This document shows positions 1 to 10,200 of a stretch of DNA of 64,000 nucleotides, in pieces (position 1 is the first letter of the stretch; each line of letters begins with the position of its first letter). This DNA comes from Lepidodermella squamata (lineage: Eukaryota; Animalia; Gastrotricha), in NCBI GenBank assembly GCA_047495785.1, contig JBLDXI010000010.1, positions 744,001 through 808,000 of the forward strand. Reading direction: 5' to 3'. A program made the position numbers and the translations under genes. The notes beneath the pieces are model-generated. The model did no database searches, was not told the DNA's origin, and saw only the letters and a list, made by a program, of their open reading frames with translations.

Positions 1-129
1 GTTAATTATTCGAATGAGTCAGTTTCGCATATCTGAAGCTAATTTTCGAATGAGTCATTGAAGCCTTTAAGAAGGAAACGTTTAGCTCCATTCGATTCAC
101 TTTGTAACTTTCAGCATTTATTTCTAGCA

Positions 130-2469
130 ATGGATTCGAAATTAATTATTGCTTATCTCACTATCGTCTCAATTCAAACAGTCGTCTGTGACTTGACAAA
201 GTTGAGGATTCCAACATTTGTCCCAATAACTGGGAACTATCCGTTCACTGGCTACGAATGTATAGCTGCTAGCAAGCTGGCAGTGCAAAAGGCTATAAAG
301 GACTGGAATGCTTTGCCGGGCTATAATATCGAACAAGTCATTGTGGACGAGGGACAGGACGGGTCACTGGCAGCTCGAAATGGAGTCAATTTCTATCGAC
401 AAACGATCGACGATCAAGACAATTCCGTGAATTCTCCGCTCATTCTTGGTGGATACTATTCAACCGGCTGTAAAGCTCTTGGCTCGGCTGTTCATCACAT
501 GAACACTGTTCTGCTTGGACTGAAATGCAGCTCTTACCTTCTGACGAATCGGAAAGCCTTCCCGAACCTCTATCTATCAGTGGCTACGAGTGACTTGAGC
601 ACCTACGGCTATCTTAACTTCATCCGCCGCTTCGGAAAATGGAACTCGATCGCCATACTCTTCTATTTGAGCAATGTCATTGATACCACAACAGCTCAGC
701 TCACCTATGAACAGGCGTTGAAGATGAATATGACGGTTTCTTACTACGCTGGCTTCATGGAAATGCCTGATGAAAGCTCGTTGTTGGCACTGAAGAAAAG
801 CGACGCAAGAATTGTGATTCTATGGCTGCAAAACCCAACGCTTCACATCCAATTCTATTGCCACGCACATCGCTTAGGCATGACAGGGCCGAGGTACACG
901 TTTTTCACTCAGTTGAGGTTCACAGCGAAATCACTGGTTGAAGGTACCATCCCTGGGTGTACTGGTGATATGATCCAAGAGCAATTGAAGTCGGTGATTG
1001 TGGCCCAGCCGGCGACTACCCCTCTGAAAATCACCCCAGCCACCGAAGCTTTCGAACGAAATCTTGATCTAGCCACAAACAGTTCGCGCGGAACGGATCA
1101 CCAGCTACGCTACATGTGCCACGATGGAACTTACGCAGGCGTCATGGCTTTAGATGCGGCTGAGAAACGCCTCCAGGCGATGAATATGTCTCTACGCGAT
1201 TATTCTAAACATCCAACATTCGTAGCGTCAGTTTTAAGGGAATCTTTGGCGAGCCTTGACGTCCCGGCGATTCGAACAGAACACTTCAAGTATGGGACAA
1301 CCGGGAAGTTTGGAGCCGATGTTCTCAAAATGCAACGTTGGATGTGGCCGAATGAATCTACCGATACAACAGTGGCGATTGTGCGGCAGCTCGACAGCAC
1401 AAGCGGCCTTAACTGGTACGACTATGCGATAGAGAAATTTGTCGACGAGCTGCCTTGGAACACTGCGAACAAGGAACCACCGAACGACAAGGCTCAAACT
1501 CGATTCATCTCACCCGATGATTCTCTGGCACTGCTCCTCGTCATCACTCTTTTCAATCTGGTTAACCAATGCGTGTTAAATGGGAAACTGTTTTTCCATT
1601 TCTTCCGAAACAAGCAGTATCGATTGATATCTGAACAATTGACAGCAATTGGGGCAATTGGAACTACCCTGTTAAACTGTGCGGCAATTGTCTTCGCCCT
1701 TCCCGATCAATATGCTGTCGATCAATTGTCGCTGTGGAAAGTTCGGTTTGCTCTAGCAGTTTTGGCGGCGTCTCTGATCAACGGATGCCTATTCGCCAGA
1801 GCTTATATGCTCAAGCCTGATATCGATGGCCAAGAAGCTGAACCCACGACTGTCGAAATCAGAATGAAAATGATGAAGGGTTATGGTGGCTTTTTGGCTG
1901 TCAACGTCATTGTTCTAGCATTATGGTTGGCGCCTAATGGTTTCATCGATTCGATGGGTTGCTTCTTAGAGCAATGGCCCCCGGTTTCCTCTGAATCACT
2001 TATCTACGACGAGAAGGAGGATTTGATTTCAGTTTGGCTTTACTATCAGTGCTCATCGCGCTGGCAAATCGTTTGGCTTATGGCCTTCGCCGGATTTCAC
2101 ATTCTGACCCTTCTTGCCGGGCTGTTCTTTGTTTACGAAACGCGGAAAATGAGCAACAAATACAGCATAATGGCCGCTAAAAGAAGTAAAAGTAGGGCAA
2201 GCCGGAAGATGTCTGTAATAAGCCTCGAACGGACTAAGAGCCGTAATGAGATTCGCAAGAATCGAGATCTCGTTCTTACAGCTGGCATTGTAAACGCTAT
2301 TGTCTTAGTGGTCGCAGGTCTCATCATTTTGGTCACCCTTCAACAGAATGAAAATCCGAGTGTGGCGACAGCTAACCAAAAAACGGCATTTTCAGTTATC
2401 GCGTCCGTATTTTCGTGTACAACGACCTTGATCTGGTTGCTCCCGAGGTTTGGAATGCAAATAAATTGA
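130..2469 (+). CDS. Intronless orphan class C GPCR, GABA-B receptor-like (Venus flytrap + 7TM), GPCR1
   Basis: First ATG at 130 (the ORF track opens at an upstream TTG) gives a signal peptide MDSKLIIAYLTIVSIQTVVC. VFT motifs (LPGYNIE..DE, LGGYYSTGC, LTNRKAFPNLY, KWNSIAIL, ARIVIL, CHAHRLGMTGPRY) lead via a PPND linker, with no cysteine-rich domain, to seven hydrophobic segments ending WLLP. Confidence 0.88.
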   Translation: MDSKLIIAYLTIVSIQTVVCDLTKLRIPTFVPITGNYPFTGYECIAASKLAVQKAIKDWNALPGYNIEQVIVDEGQDGSLAARNGVNFYRQTIDDQDNSVNSPLILGGYYSTGCKALGSAVHHMNTVLLGLKCSSYLLTNRKAFPNLYLSVATSDLSTYGYLNFIRRFGKWNSIAILFYLSNVIDTTTAQLTYEQALKMNMTVSYYAGFMEMPDESSLLALKKSDARIVILWLQNPTLHIQFYCHAHRLGMTGPRYTFFTQLRFTAKSLVEGTIPGCTGDMIQEQLKSVIVAQPATTPLKITPATEAFERNLDLATNSSRGTDHQLRYMCHDGTYAGVMALDAAEKRLQAMNMSLRDYSKHPTFVASVLRESLASLDVPAIRTEHFKYGTTGKFGADVLKMQRWMWPNESTDTTVAIVRQLDSTSGLNWYDYAIEKFVDELPWNTANKEPPNDKAQTRFISPDDSLALLLVITLFNLVNQCVLNGKLFFHFFRNKQYRLISEQLTAIGAIGTTLLNCAAIVFALPDQYAVDQLSLWKVRFALAVLAASLINGCLFARAYMLKPDIDGQEAEPTTVEIRMKMMKGYGGFLAVNVIVLALWLAPNGFIDSMGCFLEQWPPVSSESLIYDEKEDLISVWLYYQCSSRWQIVWLMAFAGFHILTLLAGLFFVYETRKMSNKYSIMAAKRSKSRASRKMSVISLERTKSRNEIRKNRDLVLTAGIVNAIVLVVAGLIILVTLQQNENPSVATANQKTAFSVIASVFSCTTTLIWLLPRFGMQIN

Positions 2470-2544
2470 AATCAAACCCCCATTACAATAAGAACGTTCG
2501 ATTGTTGAATGACATCAGTGCCAAATTTTTATAACTTTGATTCG

Positions 2545-3088
2545 TTTTTTTGTCTGTCTGATTCGCGGTGAATCCACCATCTCTTCGTATTATTATTCAT
2601 AACTTTGCACTAAAATTTCTTCACTTTTAGTCTGTGGAATATGCTTCGTGATATTAATGAGTTTTTATAAGGTAATTAAGTATGAGCCTCGCCAAAGTGC
2701 GGCATATCTGGGTAATTACACAGCCCCAGCCCCGCCGTTTGATGCTCGAATTAAATAAAATCATCGCATGATTCCGAACTTCTTTGCTTTCAAAATGCAC
2801 TTAACGAATGATAATGTAAGGTGACACATCAGAGGAGCCTATTATGTGGTGCTTGGCTTCATGATGAACGGCTGATAAGCTCATTTGAGCATTACCTGTC
2901 ACGAGATCATAAGACATTATTTGCCAGTGTTTGATTAGTGTTACCAGTTGCTACGACTCACGGGCTTGAAATAACGAGTAGAACAGAACTCAATTTTCAA
3001 GCGACCGCGGGAAACGATGATATTGAAGCACAAACGACTAAAAAACTCGTGACCATGCTCTGATAAATCGGCTACAGTTGAGAAGTAT
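2545..3088 (-). pseudogene. Relic of a GPCR2 paralogue: last ~48 codons plus ~400 nt of 3' flank
   Basis: 2920-3088 aligns by eye with 16109-16270 (e.g. gtgtttgattagtgttaccagttgct, gtgaccatgctctgataaatcggc). 2545-2920 aligns with 15745-16110. The rest of the gene is absent. Confidence 0.85.
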
Positions 3089-3601
3089 AGTAAAATGATA
3101 ATAATAATAATAATAAAATAGTAATAATAAACAAAACAATGATAATGATTTTATTTCGAAATTACTTTCAGGATTAGAAGGGCATGCCTCTAACACTAAC
3201 CCGATTACAATTAATAGTTTACAGTTTATATTAGTTTATATAGGATTTAAGATCCACGCAGATATTTCTTTTTGATAAAAGCTTTATCCCGGAGTAAATA
3301 TATTTCGCAGTAACACACTTTTTCCCGCAATATCACCTTAATTTGGCGAAAATTTGGTTGCACTTTTTAGACGATTCCTTTTTCAAAATTGAATCATAAA
3401 ATTTCTTGGGACTCGACACTTAACAAACACATAAAAAATTCCTCTGATCGCGGCAAAAATACGATTTTTGTGAGTGAAGCGAAAAAGGGTTGTAAGCAGT
3501 AATAACAATAAGGCCTTTAGCTGCTTTCTCCCATTAAATTCATTATTTCAGGTGGGCCCTACAATTAGCGGCTTAACTGCTTCTCAGTTCTCAGCTGTGA
3601 G

Positions 3602-3933
3602 CGCCATGACTATAGGACTTGGATTGTTGGATTCCTTTACTTACGCCGAATCGTTTAATATAAAAGTTAATTGCTTAATTGTATGACCTCAGTCGCAACA
3701 ATTCATTAATCGAATAATTCACCAAAACAATGGCAGCATTGGTGTGACTCATTGCAATTTTCAATTTTGCATATTCATGAAACCTGAAGTTGGTGCCTAA
3801 AACAACCTTGATATTACTGCAAATAAATACATTAAATTAAAAAACGCATGAGTATAAAATAAGTCAAATGTTCATATCAAACAATGTGTCGCGAGTTGAG
3901 GAATCCAATAATCCAAGTCCCATAGTTATGTCG
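3602..3933. mobile_element. Short inverted-repeat element (MITE-like)
   Basis: ~45 bp imperfect inverted repeat: cgccatgactataggacttggattgttggattcct versus the reverse complement of aggaatccaataatccaagtcccatagttatgtcg. No TSD resolved. Confidence 0.55.
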
Positions 3934-4204
3934 TTGATCTTAAGCAGAAAAAGAGGCTTGAGATAATTGCAAAGGGTGTAATGAGATGATTCATTGGCCG
4001 AGTTGGACTTTCGACCTCATTAAAAAATATTACGACTAAGAAAAAAGACGTCGACATCGCTATTTTTCTTTAAAAGGTTGGGGAAAGTGCTGTATCTGCA
4101 TTTAAGTCGACGTTATTTGTAATTCGAGGTTTTAATGTCACAAAGAATCTCAAGAACACCTTATACCTTATATAACACCGAATACAAGTCTCGACACTCA
4201 TATC

Positions 4205-7200
4205 TTAATCTAAATATGCGGGCATGATTTCCGATTCTGGTATGTCCATTCCGGCTTCAACGTGTGCTTTTTGGCTTCGAGATGCATCGCTTGTTGACGG
4301 CCTTGAAGACTCAACATTCAAGGGGTTCGCAACCAGCTGACCCTCAGCCATCCTATTACCAAGAATTCCCGCAGCTGCCATTTTCTTAGCCTCTTCCACA
4401 GCCTCGATATGCTTCAGGTAATTCTCCGCTGCATGTTTGTTTCGTATTTTCACCCTCAATTGATGCAACTCCCTCACCCGCCTGGCATCGCGGATTCGTT
4501 TTAGAAAGTGGTTGAAGTTGTGCCGAAGACGAGCCATGTCTCGAGATAGGGTCATGTAGTCCAAGCAAACGACTATTCCCATAAAGAAGCCACAAATTGA
4601 CAAAACCATGGACGCCGTAGCAACAGCGGTCTCTGATTCATAGACCACGACTTTCTTAGGTTTCGGAGCCTTTAAAAGCGCATTCTGAGAACAAAACAGT
4701 GGTTGCTTGTCCCATGTTGAGTTCTCATTGCATCGCCAGTTTGCAAATGAGCTAGTTTGATTCTTACTAGGCTCGTAGCCTCGATTCCAATCACACTCGA
4801 ATGAGATTATATCACCGTAAACAATTGTTTTGATTTCAGACGAAGAATTTAAAATCCGATAACTTGCAATTTCGAATATTGCAGGGACTTTGCAGCTTAC
4901 AACTAAAACGATTACATCAGCCTTAAACCCTGGGTTTTCAAACTGTTCTTACGTAAACAAGACAATGAATTGGTAGACCATACGCCTGAGTCCAAGCAGG
5001 TATTGACTACGGATGACAGTGGAGTCGACTCAGTTCCAGGTTGGACGTACAGGCTGTTAGCTCCTTTCACGCACCTCATTGTTACTTGATCGCCGGAAAA
5101 ATATGTACCAATCTTTGTGCCCTCAAGGATCGCATTCTGCTCGGAGATCGGGTTGCCGCAGGTAACAACTGATAACGAAAGTAGATGTCAAGTTATAATA
5201 TTGCAGATTCGTCACCTCAATACCTGTGCACTGCGGCTGTTCGACTGGCGACCATGTTCCGTTTTTCTGGCAAACCTTGACGAAATAATCGATATCGACA
5301 CTTGGCTTGAAGCCCTTCAAACACGTAAATGACGCCACTCCACCTGTAAAGTTACCAGACACATTGTGGTAGGTGTTTACACCCTCAATAAAGCCTTTGC
5401 ATGTTGGCACTGTAAATTATTAATAAGGAGTTTCCTCTCATCAAAGATTAAATGATTACGTTGGCATTGCGGGGTTCCATCGACCCAAGACCAGCCAGTT
5501 GGAGGCTTGAAGCTACAATAAGCCTCTCCACTTTTAGAACCAGTCATGTTGAAGCCCAAATTACAGGTGTATTTCACTCGATCTCCCATTCGATAAAAAT
5601 CGTTCGTGAAATTCACGTAGGTCGCAGCTGCTAAGCTGGGAGGATCCGGACACGCGGCTGATAAACACTTTGGCTTGTTCGCGTTAACTTGAAACCAGTT
5701 CCCAGTTGCTGGGTTTGGATTGAACGGGTCGCATATGTGCATAGCAGTATCTGAGGCTGATGCTGCTTTGAAACCAGCATCGCAGGTCATTATGGCAGAT
5801 TGCATGTAACCAGCCATTCCTTTGAAAGATGACAACGGTGGAGCAGTCAATGTCCAGCTGGAGTTGGGTGCGAGTTCAATGCCGAGAGGTACACTGGAGC
5901 AGTTGTTTAGAGGGTCTAGTTTAAAAGAATATTTAGAGTGAGCTCAGCATTTAAAAAAATGTCACAGACTTAATCTTCGGCCACAAGTGTAGAAACAACT
6001 AGCTTGAGCTTGCCCACTAGGATCGTTCTCACAGGCGCCAGTTGACGCCCAATCGCCACAGGTGCAGTTGTAGTCAACTGGCATTCGCGGGTCGACGTCA
6101 CACTCGCAAGTTGCGTAGGCCGTACAGCTGGACTGGCACGATGGCCACATGAATCCTGCGTTTGATAAGCACTGGCCTCGATCTTTCCAATTTGTGCACG
6201 AAGGACCGATGTCAGTTTTGACTTTAGTGCATAAGGACTGATTTGACCGAGGCATGCACATGTTCGAGCCTAAACAGATAGCTGCGGCAGGACAAGCCGG
6301 TACGCAGACGTCTATTCGAAAAACAGATTAGGTTTGCTAAATGACCTGAAGCCTCTTCTTACTATCGTCACATTTTGGACCACCGTACAAAGCAGGGCAT
6401 TTGCAGGCGTTGTTTGCTATGCACGTTCCGCCGTTGCTACAATCAGGGATGCAGATAGCTACAGAGGATTACACAAGTCATCATAAACAGCTTCACGCAA
6501 GATCTGGAAAACAAACGCGTCTCACAAGCGCTGCCGTTGTAGAAAGTGGTGCAAATGCAGGTTTTAGTTGAGCGGTCACAGGTGCCACCGTTCTGGCAAC
6601 TCGGGTCGCAAAGATCTGAAGGAGAATAAGCAAACATTGGACTGATTGAATTGACGCCTCGACTTACAATCATTGCACTTTGGGCCACCGTAACGAACAG
6701 GACATTTGCAGGTGTTATCTTTTAGGCACGTTCCGCCGTTGCTACACTCAGGAATGCAGACAGCTAGAATGCAATGTATATCTAATATAAGCAACTACAT
6801 GAAAGAGCAAGAAACAAACGCGTCTCGCAGGTGCTGCCGCTGTAGTACGTGGTGCAATTGCATGTTTTAGTTGAGCGATCACAGGTGCCACCGTTCTGAC
6901 AACTCGGGTCGCAAAGATCTGAAAAGCCATTCAAACACATTGAAATGCAAACTAGTCCAAAATATATGCCGATTTAATAGACAAGGATCTTTTCATCAGG
7001 CTCTTCCTTAACCTATCAGGCAATCAAGTACAGAACACACGGATCTCAAATTCACTCGGAGTTCCAGATGGGGGGAAATTATATTTCTCCATGGGTAGCC
7101 GTGGAGTATCCCTAATTATTGGACGAATTATTTATTATCCATTACGTTTAGAATTCGACCTTGTTATATGAAAACATTCCGCATGATGATCAGAAATTCC

Positions 7201-10200
7201 AAGGGAATATAAAAGGGTGGCATGCAACCTACCCAAAGCCGTTTCATTGAAGGTTGAACGTAGCGTGAACTCCTTTGAACTGTCATTTTGGCGAAGGAAG
7301 ATTTCGTTGTTCGCATCGACGTGAATGAAGAACCCTTGCACGTTGACTGCCTCGTAAGCAATCCCGGATGCCTGAGGCCTTTCGCAGAATGTCGCATCCA
7401 GAGCGAGCCCAGTATTGTTATCGTTAAAGGTAATCTGTAGCCTAAAACCGGTGTGACGAAGGACAAAATTGGGCTTGCTGAAGGATTCAAAAGAGGTGCA
7501 ATTGCCTGTCAGGCCTTTTATCTTCCTCCACTGAAATTCGCTTTTCAAATCAGGATCTGGCTCGATCTGGCTAAATGTCAAGTTGTTTTGCAGGCGAAGA
7601 ACGTAGCAGCTTGCCATTTGGAATACAGGCCGAATCACTAGGATGTTGCACTTGCTAGGTGGCTTGCATTGATTCGAAGGAGCCTTGCATGTACACGTGT
7701 TGCCCAGCAGACATTGTTGGTTCGAACTTGTGCAATTGTTACAGATGGCTATTTGAAAAGGAGAGAAATTATAATTGGCTCGAAAACAAGTCATTTTCCA
7801 GGGCCAATGCATTGGGCCATATGAATAAAAATCGATTTAGGGAAATAGAAAATTAAAATGAAACATACGTGTCTCGCAGGCGCTTCCGTTGTAATAATTA
7901 GGACAAATGCAGGTCTTAGTCAAGTTATTACACGTGCCTCCATTCTGACAACTTGGATTGCACAGAGCTGAGAAAAGGTTGGAGAAACAATGATAGGCGT
8001 TTGCTAAACACCAATTAGACTTACTTGTTTCGCATAGAGAGCCGGTGTAACCAGGTGGGCAGGTGCATTCATTAAACCCAATGCACGAACCACCATTTTT
8101 ACACTGAGGGTTACATGCAACTACGGAAATATATTGATAGATCAATCAAATCAATTTAAGTAATTACCAGCAAACGATCGACACAAATTCTTAACGCTCA
8201 GAAGCTGGCTGGTGTTCAGGCTCGATTTGAAAATTGACAAGCAAGAATAGCTCGAATATGGGGTTGAATCTGGTGGCCTGTAACAAGCTTGATTTGATAG
8301 ATTTTCATAACTTGGTAGTTCAGTTCACCTAGCTCCCACTACTAATCGCGGGGCTGTTGTTGGACTGTTACCAAAACTCATCTCGGCAGTTAAAAACGAT
8401 TCGTTGCAAAATAAACGGCCTATCTTTGAAGGTGTGTCATACACGAATGCCACGAATTGCCAGCCTTGTGAAATGACGCAACGCGGTTCCCAAACCTGAC
8501 TATCTTTCATAAAGTTCATCCATATCTGGTTGTTGTTCGAATGTTCCAGATGAAAACCGTAGGAATTATCAGGCTGCGAAAATTGAAGCATGATAGCTCC
8601 TGAGTAGCTTTTCATTGCATAGAGAAAGACGGCCAAGGTATACGACGTAGTTGAGCCAAAATCCAATTTACTGGAAGCGACCTCGAAAAACCGATTTACC
8701 ACACCTCCGTTAGGGCTAAAACCGGCCTGGAAACCAGTGTTTGGAACTCCATAGGGCCCAGTGACCCATTCAACGGCTGTTGTTGAGAATTGACCGTTTA
8801 GAGCTGTTACTGTCGAAACATCTCCGGCTCCATAATCAGAGTTGAGTGGCCAGAAACCGACTACATCGCTTAGTGAATTGACCGCAACTTGTACTATCGC
8901 TGATGCATTCAGTGCTGGGGAATTAAGTTGCCTTAACTAATGAAATTCATCTAGCTGAAACTCACATATCCCGCATCGCCCTCCGGTGTAGCCACCTGGA
9001 CAGTTGCACAGATTGAAGCCGACGCAAGAGCCTCCGTTTTGGCATTGCGGTGAACATTGAACTATGCATAATCACAATTTTTAATTAGGGAAGGCGAAAG
9101 CTTTAAAACTAACTTTGAAAAAATTGGCAGCTATCTTTGACTTTCAACAATTGGCTCGTATCAAGAGCAACGTTGTGATACGAGACGCAAGCGAATTTCG
9201 CTCTTGAACGTTCATCTTGCCTCCTGATGAACAAGTTTTTTTTTTTAAACTGCCTCCATAGAAACTATTTTTTATGACAATGCTCTAACCTGAGGCCGAT
9301 TTGCATGGTTGTGATATTTCTGAACCCAGAGTCCTCTACTCGAGAAGCTCCAAACGAATTGTTGCAAAATATTGAATTATTTCGGCTGGTCGCATTGTAA
9401 GTGGCAGCCACGAATTGCCACCCACTTGTCATGACACATGGCATGTTAAAGATTGGGCCGGGGGACCCATTACCGAAGTATAAATGATCTGTACCGCCAT
9501 CCTGCCATAGATGGGTCGCCCATTGAGTATCTGGCCTGCTCCACTCAACCAGCGCCATCCTGTTAGTTGCCAGAACATGAACGAATAAAGATACGGTCCA
9601 AGATGCTTTCAGGGCTAAACGGTCATCGTCAAAGCCAATGTATTGATTTGTCGCCCCATCCGTACTGAACGAACCATATGAAGCTCCTAAGAGACCAGTG
9701 TTGAATGAGGGCGCAAGACCGAACCAGCCATCCAATTTGGACGAACTGACATCTCTCGCCCGATAATCAGCTCCCAGAGGCCAATAAGCCATAACACTAG
9801 GTAATAGAGCTAACTTTGATCTGGCGAATGTATCAAGCTCAATTGCTGTGACAGAATGGTTGAAGTTATTTTAAATTATTTGATTACGTTTTGCTCACCT
9901 ATCCCGCAAGATTCGCCGGTATAACCCGCCGCACATAGGCATAAATTGTAACCTACACAAGTTCCGCCATTGAAGCAGGGAATTTTGCATTCAACTGTAA
10001 AATTATGATACCAATATTGCAATATCGCTAATTACAAAAGGACATTACCAGTAAACATTCGACATAAATCGCGAACTTTCAGCAACTCAGCAGCTGTCAT
10101 ATCTTTTGTTATAATAGAAATGCAAGCCAATGACCCAGTATTTCCGACGTTGATTGACGCCGGTGCATAAATTCCAATGTTCACAGTGTCGGATGTCAAT

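Noticed and set aside
6975-7220. ~245 nt copy-A-specific intronic insertion
   Set aside because: No TIR or TSD could be identified, so it was not classified.
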